This document shows positions 20,180-29,988 of a stretch of DNA of 64,000 nucleotides, piece by piece; position 1 is the first letter of the stretch, and every line of letters begins with the position of its first letter. The notes below the pieces were generated by a model. The model had not been told where the DNA came from. It searched no databases and saw only the letters and a list, made by a program, of their open reading frames with translations. This DNA is from Nitrospinota bacterium (GTDB lineage: Bacteria > Nitrospinota > Nitrospinia > Nitrospinales > VA-1), in the NCBI GenBank assembly GCA_038108555.1, contig JAYNIA010000001.1, positions 139,505 through 203,504 of the forward strand. The letters are read 5' to 3'. The translations under genes and the position numbers were made by a program.

Positions 20180-21067
20180 ATGAAAAAACAAAGAATCAAT
20201 ATTCCACCTCCTAGATACCCTGTTTCTTTAAGATATTTGTATCTTTGGGTGATAGCTCCTCTGAAGCCATTTATTTTTACCAATGTATCTAAAATAAAAA
20301 ACAAGAAGATATTCGAGCATGTTTTTAATTTTATGAATATCCTCTTGGGCTGGCCAATAAAAATTACCTATGAAAAATCGCTAAACCTGTTCAAAGTGGT
20401 TGAAGGAAACCTCACAACATATATTGGAAGAAGGCAATACCTAAAGTTATATGCAAAAGGGATTAGTGGAAGGAATAAGCTTTTGATCGACCAGTACCTT
20501 CTAAATGATATCCCATGGTCAAAAGATGATTTGGTAATTGATGTGGGAGCCAATGTCGGGGAAGTATCGCTAATACTTTCCAGAGATTTCCAATGCTCCA
20601 CCTACTCTATCGAACCGGAAGAAGTGGAGTTTGAATGCCTAAAACTAAATTTAAAGGGATACAACAGCACGTTTTTAAATAACCCTTTGTGGAAAGAAGA
20701 AAAACAAATCACTTTTTATTCTGCAAATGAAGAGCTCGATTCATCCTGTTTTGAGACGGAAGATTATACCCATGTAACGGAAAAGAAAACCGCAACTCTA
20801 TCCAACATTATTAATAGCCTTGAAGGCAAAAGGGTGAAACTTCTGAAACTGGAAGCAGAAGGCGCGGAACCAGAAATCCTTCTTGGGGGATTAGATGTGA
20901 TTAACCAGGTAGATTATATCTGCGTGGATGTGGGACCAGAAAGGGGTCTATCTTATGAAACGACCCTGGTAGATACCGTGAATATCTTGAATAATCATGG
21001 GTTCGAATTCATTAAGATGGGACACCCAAGGTTGATCTGTTTATTCAAAAATAAACAAATTTCTTAA
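20180..21067 (+). CDS. FkbM-family methyltransferase
   Basis: IDVGANVG, SIEP, LLKLEAEGAEPEIL. Confidence 0.88.
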   Translation: MKKQRINIPPPRYPVSLRYLYLWVIAPLKPFIFTNVSKIKNKKIFEHVFNFMNILLGWPIKITYEKSLNLFKVVEGNLTTYIGRRQYLKLYAKGISGRNKLLIDQYLLNDIPWSKDDLVIDVGANVGEVSLILSRDFQCSTYSIEPEEVEFECLKLNLKGYNSTFLNNPLWKEEKQITFYSANEELDSSCFETEDYTHVTEKKTATLSNIINSLEGKRVKLLKLEAEGAEPEILLGGLDVINQVDYICVDVGPERGLSYETTLVDTVNILNNHGFEFIKMGHPRLICLFKNKQIS

Positions 21068-21095
21068 GGGGGCTTGTATTCCGGTTGAATACCTT

Positions 21096-22976
21096 TTAAG
21101 CGATATATGCTTCACTGGCAACTTTTGCCAGGTCGCGCATCTCCGAGCGGACTTGGCGGAGGTTTTCTTCTTCACTTAGGTCGGCCTCAACCCATTGAGC
21201 CAGTTCGTAACGGCTCTCCGGCAAAGGAAACTCCGGCTGCAAATCGCCCGAGGCAATCCCTTCAATGAGCTCCATCAGCTTCTCCAGCCCATTACCCTGC
21301 CATACCTTTACAACCAATTGGGCAAAATCTTCTGCGGTTTCATCTTCGAGGTCGGGCATCGCTTCTAGTGCCTCATCAATTTCATTCTTGGGTGGGCTGG
21401 GTTCATCTCCATCCTCTTCAATGGGGAGTTCCCCAAACTTTTTAAAGTAGGTCAACCTTTGAAGATTGTTCAAGAGGTTGATTGAAAACTCGCCATCATT
21501 ATTTTTTACATAATCAATAAGAGGATACAGTTTGACCGGGTAGTAAGTATAAATTGCAAATAACAGCCACAACCGGTTCATCAATCGGCTGTCCATATCT
21601 TTAAACTTCACTACAGTACCGTTCCCAAAGGTGAACGTATTGAAATCGTAATTTTTCAAGCTTTGGAGTTCATGATCGTCACCCATCCAACCCGATTGGG
21701 CCATCCAATCACGAATCGGGGTCCCTTTATAGGGGTAAAAAATCCCAACTTTTTGAGTGAAAGACCCCACCAATTTGTTTAGAGCGATGGTTCTAAAAAT
21801 ATCTTCCTGACTTTCGTTGGGAAGACCAATCATGTTAAACGAAACCCCACTCACCCCATTGTCTCTTAACAATTGGAATGCCTTGACGTACACCTCATTG
21901 CTTGTTGTTTTGTGCAGCAACCCTTTTCTCATATCGGGGCTGCCGGTTTCCATTCCCAGCGAAACACTTTTACAATTGGTTTTTCGCAATACTTTTGCAG
22001 AAAAATCGGTGATGCTCTGCGCGGTGGTTTCAATCACATAGGGCAATCCAATTTCTGAGGAATACTTATCACAAAACTCCTGCATCCGGTTTTGGTCCAT
22101 GAGCAGGAAGGTTTCGTCCCAAAATTTCATAAATTCGATTTTATGAACATCCACCGCATATTTGATTTCCTTGATAACCCGGTCGATCGACTTCTCTCTA
22201 TGGTAGCCCCCCGGGCTGGCCATTTTATACATTTCCTGTAATTGGACGTTAACACAGTAGGAACATTTGTAAGGGCAACCGCGACTCATTTCAAAGTCCC
22301 CATATTTGTAAACATAACCTAGATAGGGCTTATAAAATGCTGCTTGGCTGTATATTGTCCAATCTGGATAGGGGAACAGGTCCAGGTTCTGTTCGTAGGG
22401 TCGAACCGGATTTTTCTCAATGGAACCGTCTTCTTTTTTGACCCATAAATTAGCAATTCCCTCGAGACTCTTATTTTGTGTAACCCGTTCGATGATATCT
22501 AAAATTACGTATTCCCCTTCACCCACACATACGGAATCGAAGCAGTCTTCTGCAAGAACTCCTTGAGGATCAACCGTGGCATGCACTCCCCCGGCAATGG
22601 TGGGAATGGAAGGAAATGCTTCCCTAATTTTTCGCATTAACCCCAACCCCAGAGGATAATCGTCTGTAAGAGCGCTCAGACCTATCATATCGGGTTGGAA
22701 AGCCTCAACCTCTCTCAGGGCTTTTTCAATCAGTTCATGATAGGTGACCGATTCCCGCTTTGGGAGGCGCTCAGCATTGGAAGGGTTCTTAAACTGCAGC
22801 GTTTTTGACCCCACCTGATTCCAATCTGACTTGTTCTCCGTACGGATAGAAAACTGTGTGCAGTCAAAGAGCTTGAACTCATGGCCGGCCTGTTTGACCA
22901 TGGCTGCTAACGAGGCAATACCAATGGGTTTGTTTCCAGTGGCAAACTGATTGGGGTACAGCATGAAAAATCGCAT
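21096..22976 (-). CDS. B12-binding-domain radical SAM enzyme
   Basis: PIGIASLA, GGVHAT, VGEGE, SRGCPYKCSYC, WDETF, GMETG, MIGLPNE. Confidence 0.92.
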   Translation of the reverse strand: MRFFMLYPNQFATGNKPIGIASLAAMVKQAGHEFKLFDCTQFSIRTENKSDWNQVGSKTLQFKNPSNAERLPKRESVTYHELIEKALREVEAFQPDMIGLSALTDDYPLGLGLMRKIREAFPSIPTIAGGVHATVDPQGVLAEDCFDSVCVGEGEYVILDIIERVTQNKSLEGIANLWVKKEDGSIEKNPVRPYEQNLDLFPYPDWTIYSQAAFYKPYLGYVYKYGDFEMSRGCPYKCSYCVNVQLQEMYKMASPGGYHREKSIDRVIKEIKYAVDVHKIEFMKFWDETFLLMDQNRMQEFCDKYSSEIGLPYVIETTAQSITDFSAKVLRKTNCKSVSLGMETGSPDMRKGLLHKTTSNEVYVKAFQLLRDNGVSGVSFNMIGLPNESQEDIFRTIALNKLVGSFTQKVGIFYPYKGTPIRDWMAQSGWMGDDHELQSLKNYDFNTFTFGNGTVVKFKDMDSRLMNRLWLLFAIYTYYPVKLYPLIDYVKNNDGEFSINLLNNLQRLTYFKKFGELPIEEDGDEPSPPKNEIDEALEAMPDLEDETAEDFAQLVVKVWQGNGLEKLMELIEGIASGDLQPEFPLPESRYELAQWVEADLSEEENLRQVRSEMRDLAKVASEAYIA

Positions 22977-23161
22977 ATTTGAAAGGTGCCCGCCAGGGCG
23001 AAATTAAGTTCATATTAAATAAAGCGCCTTATTTTAACATATACACCTACTATCCCTCGGAAAAATAAGTGGATTTTATAGATTTTAATATGCCAAAATT
23101 TAGTGCCAGCCTTTTCCCCAGCCCGGGGGTGTTTGCATTTAAGCTTCAGGTTTGAATTGCA

Positions 23162-23190
23162 TAGACATGAATGAGGTAATGAGCTATTCT
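23162..23190 (+). promoter_or_regulatory. Candidate sigma70 promoter for the rSAM-SPASM operon
   Basis: TAGACA, 17 bp spacer, TATTCT in a divergent intergenic region. Confidence 0.4.
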
Positions 23191-23254
23191 TGAACCGACC
23201 ATAAAGGGTCTAAATAACAACGAAATAGACGTAATAAACGAAAACAAATATCAA

Positions 23255-24694
23255 ATGAATACAAGTCAATTGGCTTTCAAGCATAAACGGAGAAAGGCGC
23301 TTTCGGCTCCAATAATGATTAATTTGGAGCTGACAGATGCTTGCAATTTAAAATGTCGGCACTGCTACAATTTTTGGCGGGAAGACCCGATGAACGCCAA
23401 CGCTGCTTTTAAAAGTGATCACATCGATCAGATTGTAGAAGAAGTTCTCAAGGCGGAAGTTTTTCACGTGGTACTCACCGGGGGCGAACCTTTTGCAAAT
23501 TTTCAAACTTTGGAATATGCCATGCGCAAATTCACCGAAGCGGGTATATCGACAAGCGTAAATTCAAATCTCATGCTGGTCACACCCGAAAAAATTGCAA
23601 AACTTAAAGATTCGGGTTGGGATCATGTTTTAACCAGTCTCGCATCTTATGACGCGGCAACCAACGACGACCTCATGAACAAAGAAGGCACCTTCGACAA
23701 AATCATCGAAGGCATAAAAATGACGGTGGATGCTGGAATTCGTGTCAGCGTCAATATGGTTATCGGCGAAATAAATAAAGACCACGTCTACGAAACGGCT
23801 AAGTTCTGCGCGGAACTGGGATGCCAACGAATGTTTGGTACACGTCTTGTTCCATCCGTAAATGTTGAAGAACCTACGGAAACCGACATGAAATTGAATC
23901 AGGAAAGCGCCCGAAAAGCCGTGGATGATATGTTGCGAGCAAAAGAGGACTTTGGAATTGGCATTGGGACTTTGATCAGCTACCCGCTTTGCTTGTTGGG
24001 TGACCTTGAAAAGTATAAGGATTTCGTTGGTAGAGGTTGCCCCGCCCAATCGGGTATCCGTATGTCACTCAATGCGGATGGGACGGCTCATGCATGCACC
24101 CATGAAGAAGAAGGGTATGGAAACATTCTAGAGGAAGGAATCAAACCTGTTTTCAAAAGAATGCACAAATGGCATGACGGGTCCTATCTATTTGAAGGTT
24201 GCGCCGATTGCGAATATATTGATGTTTGCGGATCGGGTTGTACCATGGCTGCTGAAGCCTATTTTAAAACCAAAGATGCCAAAGACCCCCTATGGCTTGG
24301 ACGTGAAAATATTGGCGTTCCGTATAAAGCAGAAATTCCTCAAGCAATTTACAACGCTGTTGATGAAGGCAAACAGTTCATTGTTCCCCAAAGGGTTCGA
24401 TTCAGAGAGGAAGATGGATTTCATGTCATCAATATTCGATGGGCAAATGCCTTCCAAATCCCCAGTGATTTGGCTCTTTTCCTGATTAAAATGCAAAAGG
24501 AAGAACAGCCATTTAGTCTCGCCGACATGGATGGATCTGTTGAAGACTCCCGTCAATGTCTTATCAATATGGTTTTTAAAGATGGCGTAGAGCCCCTGGA
24601 TGATGAACTGAAGGCGTATCTGATCGACCGACCCAAAACCGGGGCCAGCGTAAATCCCTTCGAATTGCCGGAAGAATTGGCCCACTTAGCTTAG
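23255..24694 (+). CDS. Radical SAM/SPASM protein with C-terminal extension
   Basis: CNLKCRHC, LTGGEP; SPASM cysteines GCPA..HAC..CADCEYIDVCGSGC. Confidence 0.9.
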   Translation: MNTSQLAFKHKRRKALSAPIMINLELTDACNLKCRHCYNFWREDPMNANAAFKSDHIDQIVEEVLKAEVFHVVLTGGEPFANFQTLEYAMRKFTEAGISTSVNSNLMLVTPEKIAKLKDSGWDHVLTSLASYDAATNDDLMNKEGTFDKIIEGIKMTVDAGIRVSVNMVIGEINKDHVYETAKFCAELGCQRMFGTRLVPSVNVEEPTETDMKLNQESARKAVDDMLRAKEDFGIGIGTLISYPLCLLGDLEKYKDFVGRGCPAQSGIRMSLNADGTAHACTHEEEGYGNILEEGIKPVFKRMHKWHDGSYLFEGCADCEYIDVCGSGCTMAAEAYFKTKDAKDPLWLGRENIGVPYKAEIPQAIYNAVDEGKQFIVPQRVRFREEDGFHVINIRWANAFQIPSDLALFLIKMQKEEQPFSLADMDGSVEDSRQCLINMVFKDGVEPLDDELKAYLIDRPKTGASVNPFELPEELAHLA

Positions 24695-24695
24695 T

Positions 24696-25412
24696 ATGGC
24701 AGTTGTTATATCCCTAATTCCTGCTCGGGGGGGCTCCAAGGGAATCCCCCGGAAAAATCTCGCACCTCTTGCCAATAAACCATTAATTGCACATTCCATT
24801 GAAGATTCTCTCAATTGCACGCTGATAAAAAGGACCATTGTTTCAACGGATGACGAGGAAATTGCCGAAGTAGCTCGCAATTTAGGTGCAGAAGTTCCTT
24901 TTATCCGTCCTATGGAATTTGCTGAAGATGATACTCCGGATTTTCCGGTTTTTTTACATGCCTTGGAATGGCTAAAGGACAATGAAGGGTTTGCACCGGA
25001 TTTAGTGGTACAGCTACGGCCCACCACCCCTATCCGCCCGCCGGGACTTATCGAACGTGGTATCGAAATGCTTTCGGGTAACTCGGAGGCAGATTGTGTG
25101 CGCACCGTTCGAAAATCTCCTATAACCCCCTATAAAATGTGGCAGCTGGATGGAAACTTTTTAAAACCCTTCATTCAGCTTGAGGGCAAAGAATCCTACA
25201 ACATGCCGCGACAAAAGCTTCCCTGGGTTTTTCAGCATGATGGAGTGCTGGATGTAATCCGCACATCAACCCTGCTAAACAAAAATTCTGTTACGGGAAG
25301 CAAAATTCTTCCCTTGTTTATGGATGAATCGTTCCTGACAGTAGATATTGATAAACCCGTGGATCTGTTAATCGCTGAGGCTTTTATCAATTATAATCAA
25401 CAACACAAATAA
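24696..25412 (+). CDS. Acylneuraminate cytidylyltransferase (NeuA/PseF/LegF family)
   Basis: IPARGGSKGIPRKN, VSTDD, LRPTTP, VDID. Confidence 0.92.
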   Translation: MAVVISLIPARGGSKGIPRKNLAPLANKPLIAHSIEDSLNCTLIKRTIVSTDDEEIAEVARNLGAEVPFIRPMEFAEDDTPDFPVFLHALEWLKDNEGFAPDLVVQLRPTTPIRPPGLIERGIEMLSGNSEADCVRTVRKSPITPYKMWQLDGNFLKPFIQLEGKESYNMPRQKLPWVFQHDGVLDVIRTSTLLNKNSVTGSKILPLFMDESFLTVDIDKPVDLLIAEAFINYNQQHK

Positions 25413-25502
25413 TCCATTATTAAATCCGCCTGAATAAGTATCATCAAATTCTGATTTTTTTGATCGCTCAAAATTTATAACAAAAATTAAACCTGTTTTT
25501 TT

Positions 25503-27545
25503 ATGAGCTTGAAACGAGTAATTGATATTGAGGAACCTGGCGAGCTCGATTCGCACACAATAGTTTTAATTGACCATTTGTGTGCCTTTTCTCTTTTTCC
25601 ACTGTTAAAAATTTGTTTCAAAAATCGGCCAGTAAAAATATTTTACTTTGAGGCCTCTAATCTAGGCTTGGGATGGGCTTATTTCCTTAAGCTGCTCCAA
25701 CTGGTTTCCGCAAATCCTTCACCCATCAAAGACTATATATTAACCGACGAACCTTTAAACGGTGTTTCGGAAGTTCGTTTCCACGCATATAAAGCTTGCA
25801 TAAACTATCAAAGCAAAATCAAAGAACGGATAAGCCGGTACTTCCCAAAAATAGAATCTCGTTTTTTAGATATTTATGAAACAGGAGTGAGGAAAATATG
25901 GCAACTTTGGTTGGAAGAGGTAATTTTTCAAAGAGACCTTGGGAAATTCATTTGCCAAAACTCGAACATCTCACCCTCCCAGGTAATATTGGTTTCCAAA
26001 TATGCGTATTTGTTAAATCTCGTAGGTTTGAATTCTAACACCTCCACCGAAATAAAGGTACTGCCTCAAACATTTAAATTCGATACCTTTAAATATTTAT
26101 TTGGCCCTGTAATTTTAAGCTCACTCCAACTCATATCATCTTTATACAAGCTATTGCCCTTTTCCGGGAAAGAATCAACTCAAGAGGCAAAGGACAATAG
26201 TTATATTGGAGTGGCTGCGGCCTGGGGCATAGAAGGAAATGAAAATAATCGTGTGAATGATTTTTTTTGGTGGCGGCTAAGCCAAGTCCCGCCCAATCGC
26301 CTACTATACATGTTTGAAAGGCAGGATTGCCAACCCACAAAAGAAAGAGTTTCCGAACTTAATAGACTCGGTATTAATTTTACGGTCTTAAATAAAAATT
26401 TCTCCGGCGAAGCTTCTCACTCAAATATTTTCAGTCCAGACACATCGGTTGCCGATAACCTTAGGATGGTATTTTTTTATTCCTCTTTGGCGCTCCGGTT
26501 TTTATTGGGAGATAAATTTATTTATTCGATCGTTCCTCTTGTAGGCTGGCAAATTTTTAACTCGGACAAACTTTCCAACACATATAAAGGCCTCAAACTG
26601 AGCTGCCTTTTTAATTTTGATGAAGCCGGATTTGAACACGTAAATCTTGCTTCCCAAAAGAATGGTTTAGTACGTTTTGGGGTCCACTGGTCATGCTATA
26701 TGAACCCGCATCACTCCACAGTACGCTGCCATGAAGTGCTTTTCGTTTGGGGGAATCACAACCTAAAAATTATTCTTGATTCCAATTCCAACAACAAAAT
26801 TATTTTGTTTTCAGGATGTTTTCTCACGGAAAGTGTTTATAAGAACGAGCATTTAAAAGGAATAAAAGCGGTACAGGCAATGAAAGATAAGAGGGTGCGT
26901 TATACCCTGACCCTGTTTGATAATTCCCTACCCGTTCCAAATTTCTACGAATTTTTTCTGAATTGGCTTATAGATGACCCTGCTTTGGGTCTAATCATTA
27001 AAAGCAAGGGAAAGGCCTGGAAAAATTATTTTAATGAAGAAACTAAAGAACTCATTCAAAGAGCCCATGATACAGGACGAATATATGTTATGGACAAAGA
27101 TGCTTCCCCAATTGATGCGGCTCAATTGACCGATTTTTCGGTTGGAGCCACAGGGGTTTCAGCCATCGCTGTTGCGGGTTTGCAAGGGGCGAGAGTTCTT
27201 TACCTCGATTTTGAGCAACTGGACCAGGGGATTATAAAACCCTATACCTTATTCCACTCTTTGGGACCCAATCGTTGTGTCTTTTACGATCCGGATTCTA
27301 TGAAGAATGCTTTGATAGAATATTTTAATAACCCCGAATCCAATCCCAACCTGGGGGATGTTTCACCCATTCTGGATCAGTTAGATCCCTTCCGCGACGG
27401 AAAAGCGGGGCAAAGAATCGGGGAGTTTGTAAATTGGTATTTGGAAGGCCTGGATCAGAACTTAAGCAAAAATGACGCCCTGAAATCGGCCACTAACAAA
27501 TATGCAGAAAAATGGGGAAACGATAAAGTAGCCAAGAGATTATAA
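25503..27545 (+). CDS. Hypothetical 680-aa protein, possible GT-B-like ulosonate transferase
   Basis: Directly follows a CMP-synthetase; C-terminal alpha/beta pattern (LFVWG, FSGC, LDPFRDG) suggestive of GT-B. No definitive motif. Confidence 0.5.
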   Translation: MSLKRVIDIEEPGELDSHTIVLIDHLCAFSLFPLLKICFKNRPVKIFYFEASNLGLGWAYFLKLLQLVSANPSPIKDYILTDEPLNGVSEVRFHAYKACINYQSKIKERISRYFPKIESRFLDIYETGVRKIWQLWLEEVIFQRDLGKFICQNSNISPSQVILVSKYAYLLNLVGLNSNTSTEIKVLPQTFKFDTFKYLFGPVILSSLQLISSLYKLLPFSGKESTQEAKDNSYIGVAAAWGIEGNENNRVNDFFWWRLSQVPPNRLLYMFERQDCQPTKERVSELNRLGINFTVLNKNFSGEASHSNIFSPDTSVADNLRMVFFYSSLALRFLLGDKFIYSIVPLVGWQIFNSDKLSNTYKGLKLSCLFNFDEAGFEHVNLASQKNGLVRFGVHWSCYMNPHHSTVRCHEVLFVWGNHNLKIILDSNSNNKIILFSGCFLTESVYKNEHLKGIKAVQAMKDKRVRYTLTLFDNSLPVPNFYEFFLNWLIDDPALGLIIKSKGKAWKNYFNEETKELIQRAHDTGRIYVMDKDASPIDAAQLTDFSVGATGVSAIAVAGLQGARVLYLDFEQLDQGIIKPYTLFHSLGPNRCVFYDPDSMKNALIEYFNNPESNPNLGDVSPILDQLDPFRDGKAGQRIGEFVNWYLEGLDQNLSKNDALKSATNKYAEKWGNDKVAKRL

Positions 27546-27774
27546 AACCTTCGTTCTGGTCCAAATTAGAAAAAAATAATGGTTTTCTTTTGGTCAATAA
27601 CTGGAATTACGTTATAAATTTCCTTTATTAAACGGCCAATGGTAATTTTCATTTTGTTCAGGTAAAATTGTTTCACAAAAGTCAAACCACCCAAGATGCT
27701 GTTTATATTTTCTTTACTAACCATTTAAGCCTCCTGTTTCTCGATCATCAGATTTAAGTGATAAACAAATCCCC

Positions 27775-28791
27775 ATGAGTAAAAAAATGGAAACGGATAG
27801 AAAAGTTCTTTTGATTGGTGGGGCCGGATATATCGGCTCGGTGATGACGGGCTATTTAATGGAACAGGGTTGGCGGGTCCGTTGTTTTGATAATCTGATC
27901 TATGAAAATCAGGGTTGTGTTTCATTTTATTGGGGGCAACCAAATTACGAATTTTTTTATGGCGATTTAACTGATTCGGCGCAATTGAATCCTGCGCTTG
28001 AAGGAGTTGATGATGTGGTTATCCTGGCTGGGCTTGTTGGCGATCCCATCACCAAAAAATATCCTGATCTTTCAAACGCTATTAACTCCGATGGAATTTT
28101 AAGATTAATTCATTCTCTAAATGGGAAAGGTTTAAACCGGGTCATTTTTATTTCTACCTGCTCCAACTATGGCCTTATTGAATCCGATGCAACCGCCGAC
28201 GAAACCTTTGAACTCAATCCCCTATCCCTTTATGCCAAGGCGAAAGTGGCTGTTGAGAAAGAGTTGTTATCCCTTCAAGGGAAAGTTGATTTTCACGCTA
28301 CGGTTCTTCGTTTCGCAACGGCGTTCGGACTTTCTCCTCGAATGAGATTTGATTTAACAGTAAACGAGTTCACCCGGGAAATGTTTTTGGCTAGAGAATT
28401 ACTTGTTTACGATTTTGAAACTTGGAGACCCTATTGTCATGTGAAGGATTTTTCCAGAGCGGTGAACAAAGTACTCCAAGCCGATCAGGACAAAGTTTCG
28501 TTCGAAGTTTTTAACGCTGGAGGGGATCAAAACAATTTCAACAAACAGGCTGTGGTTAATGAAATACTTAAACATTTTCCTAGCGCACCTGTAAAGTATA
28601 AGGAAAAAGGTTCTGATCCTAGAAACTATAAAGTTGATTTTTCCAAAATAAAAAACGTTCTTGATTTTGAACCGGAATACTCGGTTTCGGATGGAATTGA
28701 GGAATTGATTGGAGCCCTACAGCAGAATATTTTTTCCCGTGTGGAGCAACAACCCAACTTTTATCATAATTTAGAAATCAAGATACCCTGA
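27775..28791 (+). CDS. Extended SDR NDP-sugar epimerase/dehydratase
   Basis: GGAGYIG, STCSNYG, YAKAK, SPRMRFDL; same subfamily as 999..1940. Confidence 0.9.
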   Translation: MSKKMETDRKVLLIGGAGYIGSVMTGYLMEQGWRVRCFDNLIYENQGCVSFYWGQPNYEFFYGDLTDSAQLNPALEGVDDVVILAGLVGDPITKKYPDLSNAINSDGILRLIHSLNGKGLNRVIFISTCSNYGLIESDATADETFELNPLSLYAKAKVAVEKELLSLQGKVDFHATVLRFATAFGLSPRMRFDLTVNEFTREMFLARELLVYDFETWRPYCHVKDFSRAVNKVLQADQDKVSFEVFNAGGDQNNFNKQAVVNEILKHFPSAPVKYKEKGSDPRNYKVDFSKIKNVLDFEPEYSVSDGIEELIGALQQNIFSRVEQQPNFYHNLEIKIP

Positions 28792-28821
28792 GCAGCACTC
28801 TCCTTTTCCTAAACTATCCAC

Positions 28822-29988
28822 ATGTCTTCTCTTGCTGAAAATATTACCGCGATATTAAAGGAGGTTTCACCGGGGCCAGTAGGCTTGCATGAACCCTTAT
28901 TTAATGGAAAAGAATGGGACTACGTCAAACAATGTTTGGATACGGGTTGGGTATCTACGTCGGGTTCGTTCGTTGAAAAATTTGAGAATCAACTGGCTGA
29001 ATTCACAAATATCCCTCATGTCATTGCAACCAACAGCGGCACCTCCGCCCTGCATGTTTGTCTTGAATTAATTGATCTTAAAAGAGGCGAGGAGGTATTG
29101 AGCCCTGCCCTGAGTTTTGTTGCTACTGCCAATGCCATAAAGTATTGCGACGGTATACCTCATTTTGTGGATAGCGAAGAACGGACATTAGGTGTCGACC
29201 CTCAAAAGCTCAGGTCCTACCTTCGTAAGGAAACCAAATTACTTTATGATCGTTGTTGGAACAAACGAACCAATCGTCCCATTCGAGCCCTCATAGTAGT
29301 ACATACCTTTGGTTGCCCGGTTGATCTGGACCCGATTGTGGAAATCTGCAAAGAAAATAAGCTGGTACTTATTGAAGACGCAGCAGAATCCTTAGGTTCA
29401 TATTACAAGGGTCGGCACACTGGCAATTGGGGATTATTATCCGCGCTGAGCTTTAACGGAAATAAGATTGTAACTACGGGAGGGGGAGGGGCCATTTTGA
29501 CCCGAGACCCTGAACTAGCGCGTATTGCAAAACATCTCACCACTACAGCAAAATTATCCCATCCTTGGGAATACAATCATGACAACATAGGTTATAACTA
29601 CCGGCTTCCAAATATCAATGCAGCCCTCGGGTGCGCACAACTTGAACAGTTAGAAAATTTTTTGCAGCAAAAGCGGGCTCTTGCATTAAGGTACAACAAT
29701 CTGTTTGAAAAGTTAAAGGGTTTCCGATTTTTTACAGAGCCGGAATCTTGTAAAAGCAATTATTGGTTAAACGTATTAATTCTGGATCGGGAAAACGCAA
29801 ATCAAATGACCTCTATATTGGAGTTGACCAACAAAAGTGGAATAATGACCCGGCCTGTCTGGGAATTAATGAGCAGCCTCCCGATGTATAAAGATTGCCC
29901 TCGCATGGATTTATCCGGAGCAGAAGACCTTCAAAGACGCACCATAAATATCCCTAGCAGCCCCATATTGGGAGCAAAGAATGAGTAA
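28822..29988 (+). CDS. legC: LegC-type DegT/DnrJ aminotransferase
   Basis: LHEP..GWVS, EDAAESLGS, SFNGNKIVTTGGGG, HLTTTAK, GYNYRLPNINAALG. Confidence 0.88.
   Translation: MSSLAENITAILKEVSPGPVGLHEPLFNGKEWDYVKQCLDTGWVSTSGSFVEKFENQLAEFTNIPHVIATNSGTSALHVCLELIDLKRGEEVLSPALSFVATANAIKYCDGIPHFVDSEERTLGVDPQKLRSYLRKETKLLYDRCWNKRTNRPIRALIVVHTFGCPVDLDPIVEICKENKLVLIEDAAESLGSYYKGRHTGNWGLLSALSFNGNKIVTTGGGGAILTRDPELARIAKHLTTTAKLSHPWEYNHDNIGYNYRLPNINAALGCAQLEQLENFLQQKRALALRYNNLFEKLKGFRFFTEPESCKSNYWLNVLILDRENANQMTSILELTNKSGIMTRPVWELMSSLPMYKDCPRMDLSGAEDLQRRTINIPSSPILGAKNE

Noticed and set aside
21076..21092. Hairpin GTATTC-CGGTT-GAATAC between convergent genes
   Set aside because: Only a 6-bp, AT-rich stem; too weak to call a terminator.
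23089..23110. Sigma54-like TGGCAC on the minus strand
   Set aside because: GG-to-GC spacing does not fit the -24/-12 requirement.
22977..23254. RiPP precursor for the SPASM enzyme
   Set aside because: Only a trivial ORF (MNEVMSYS) was found in the spacer; no credible precursor.
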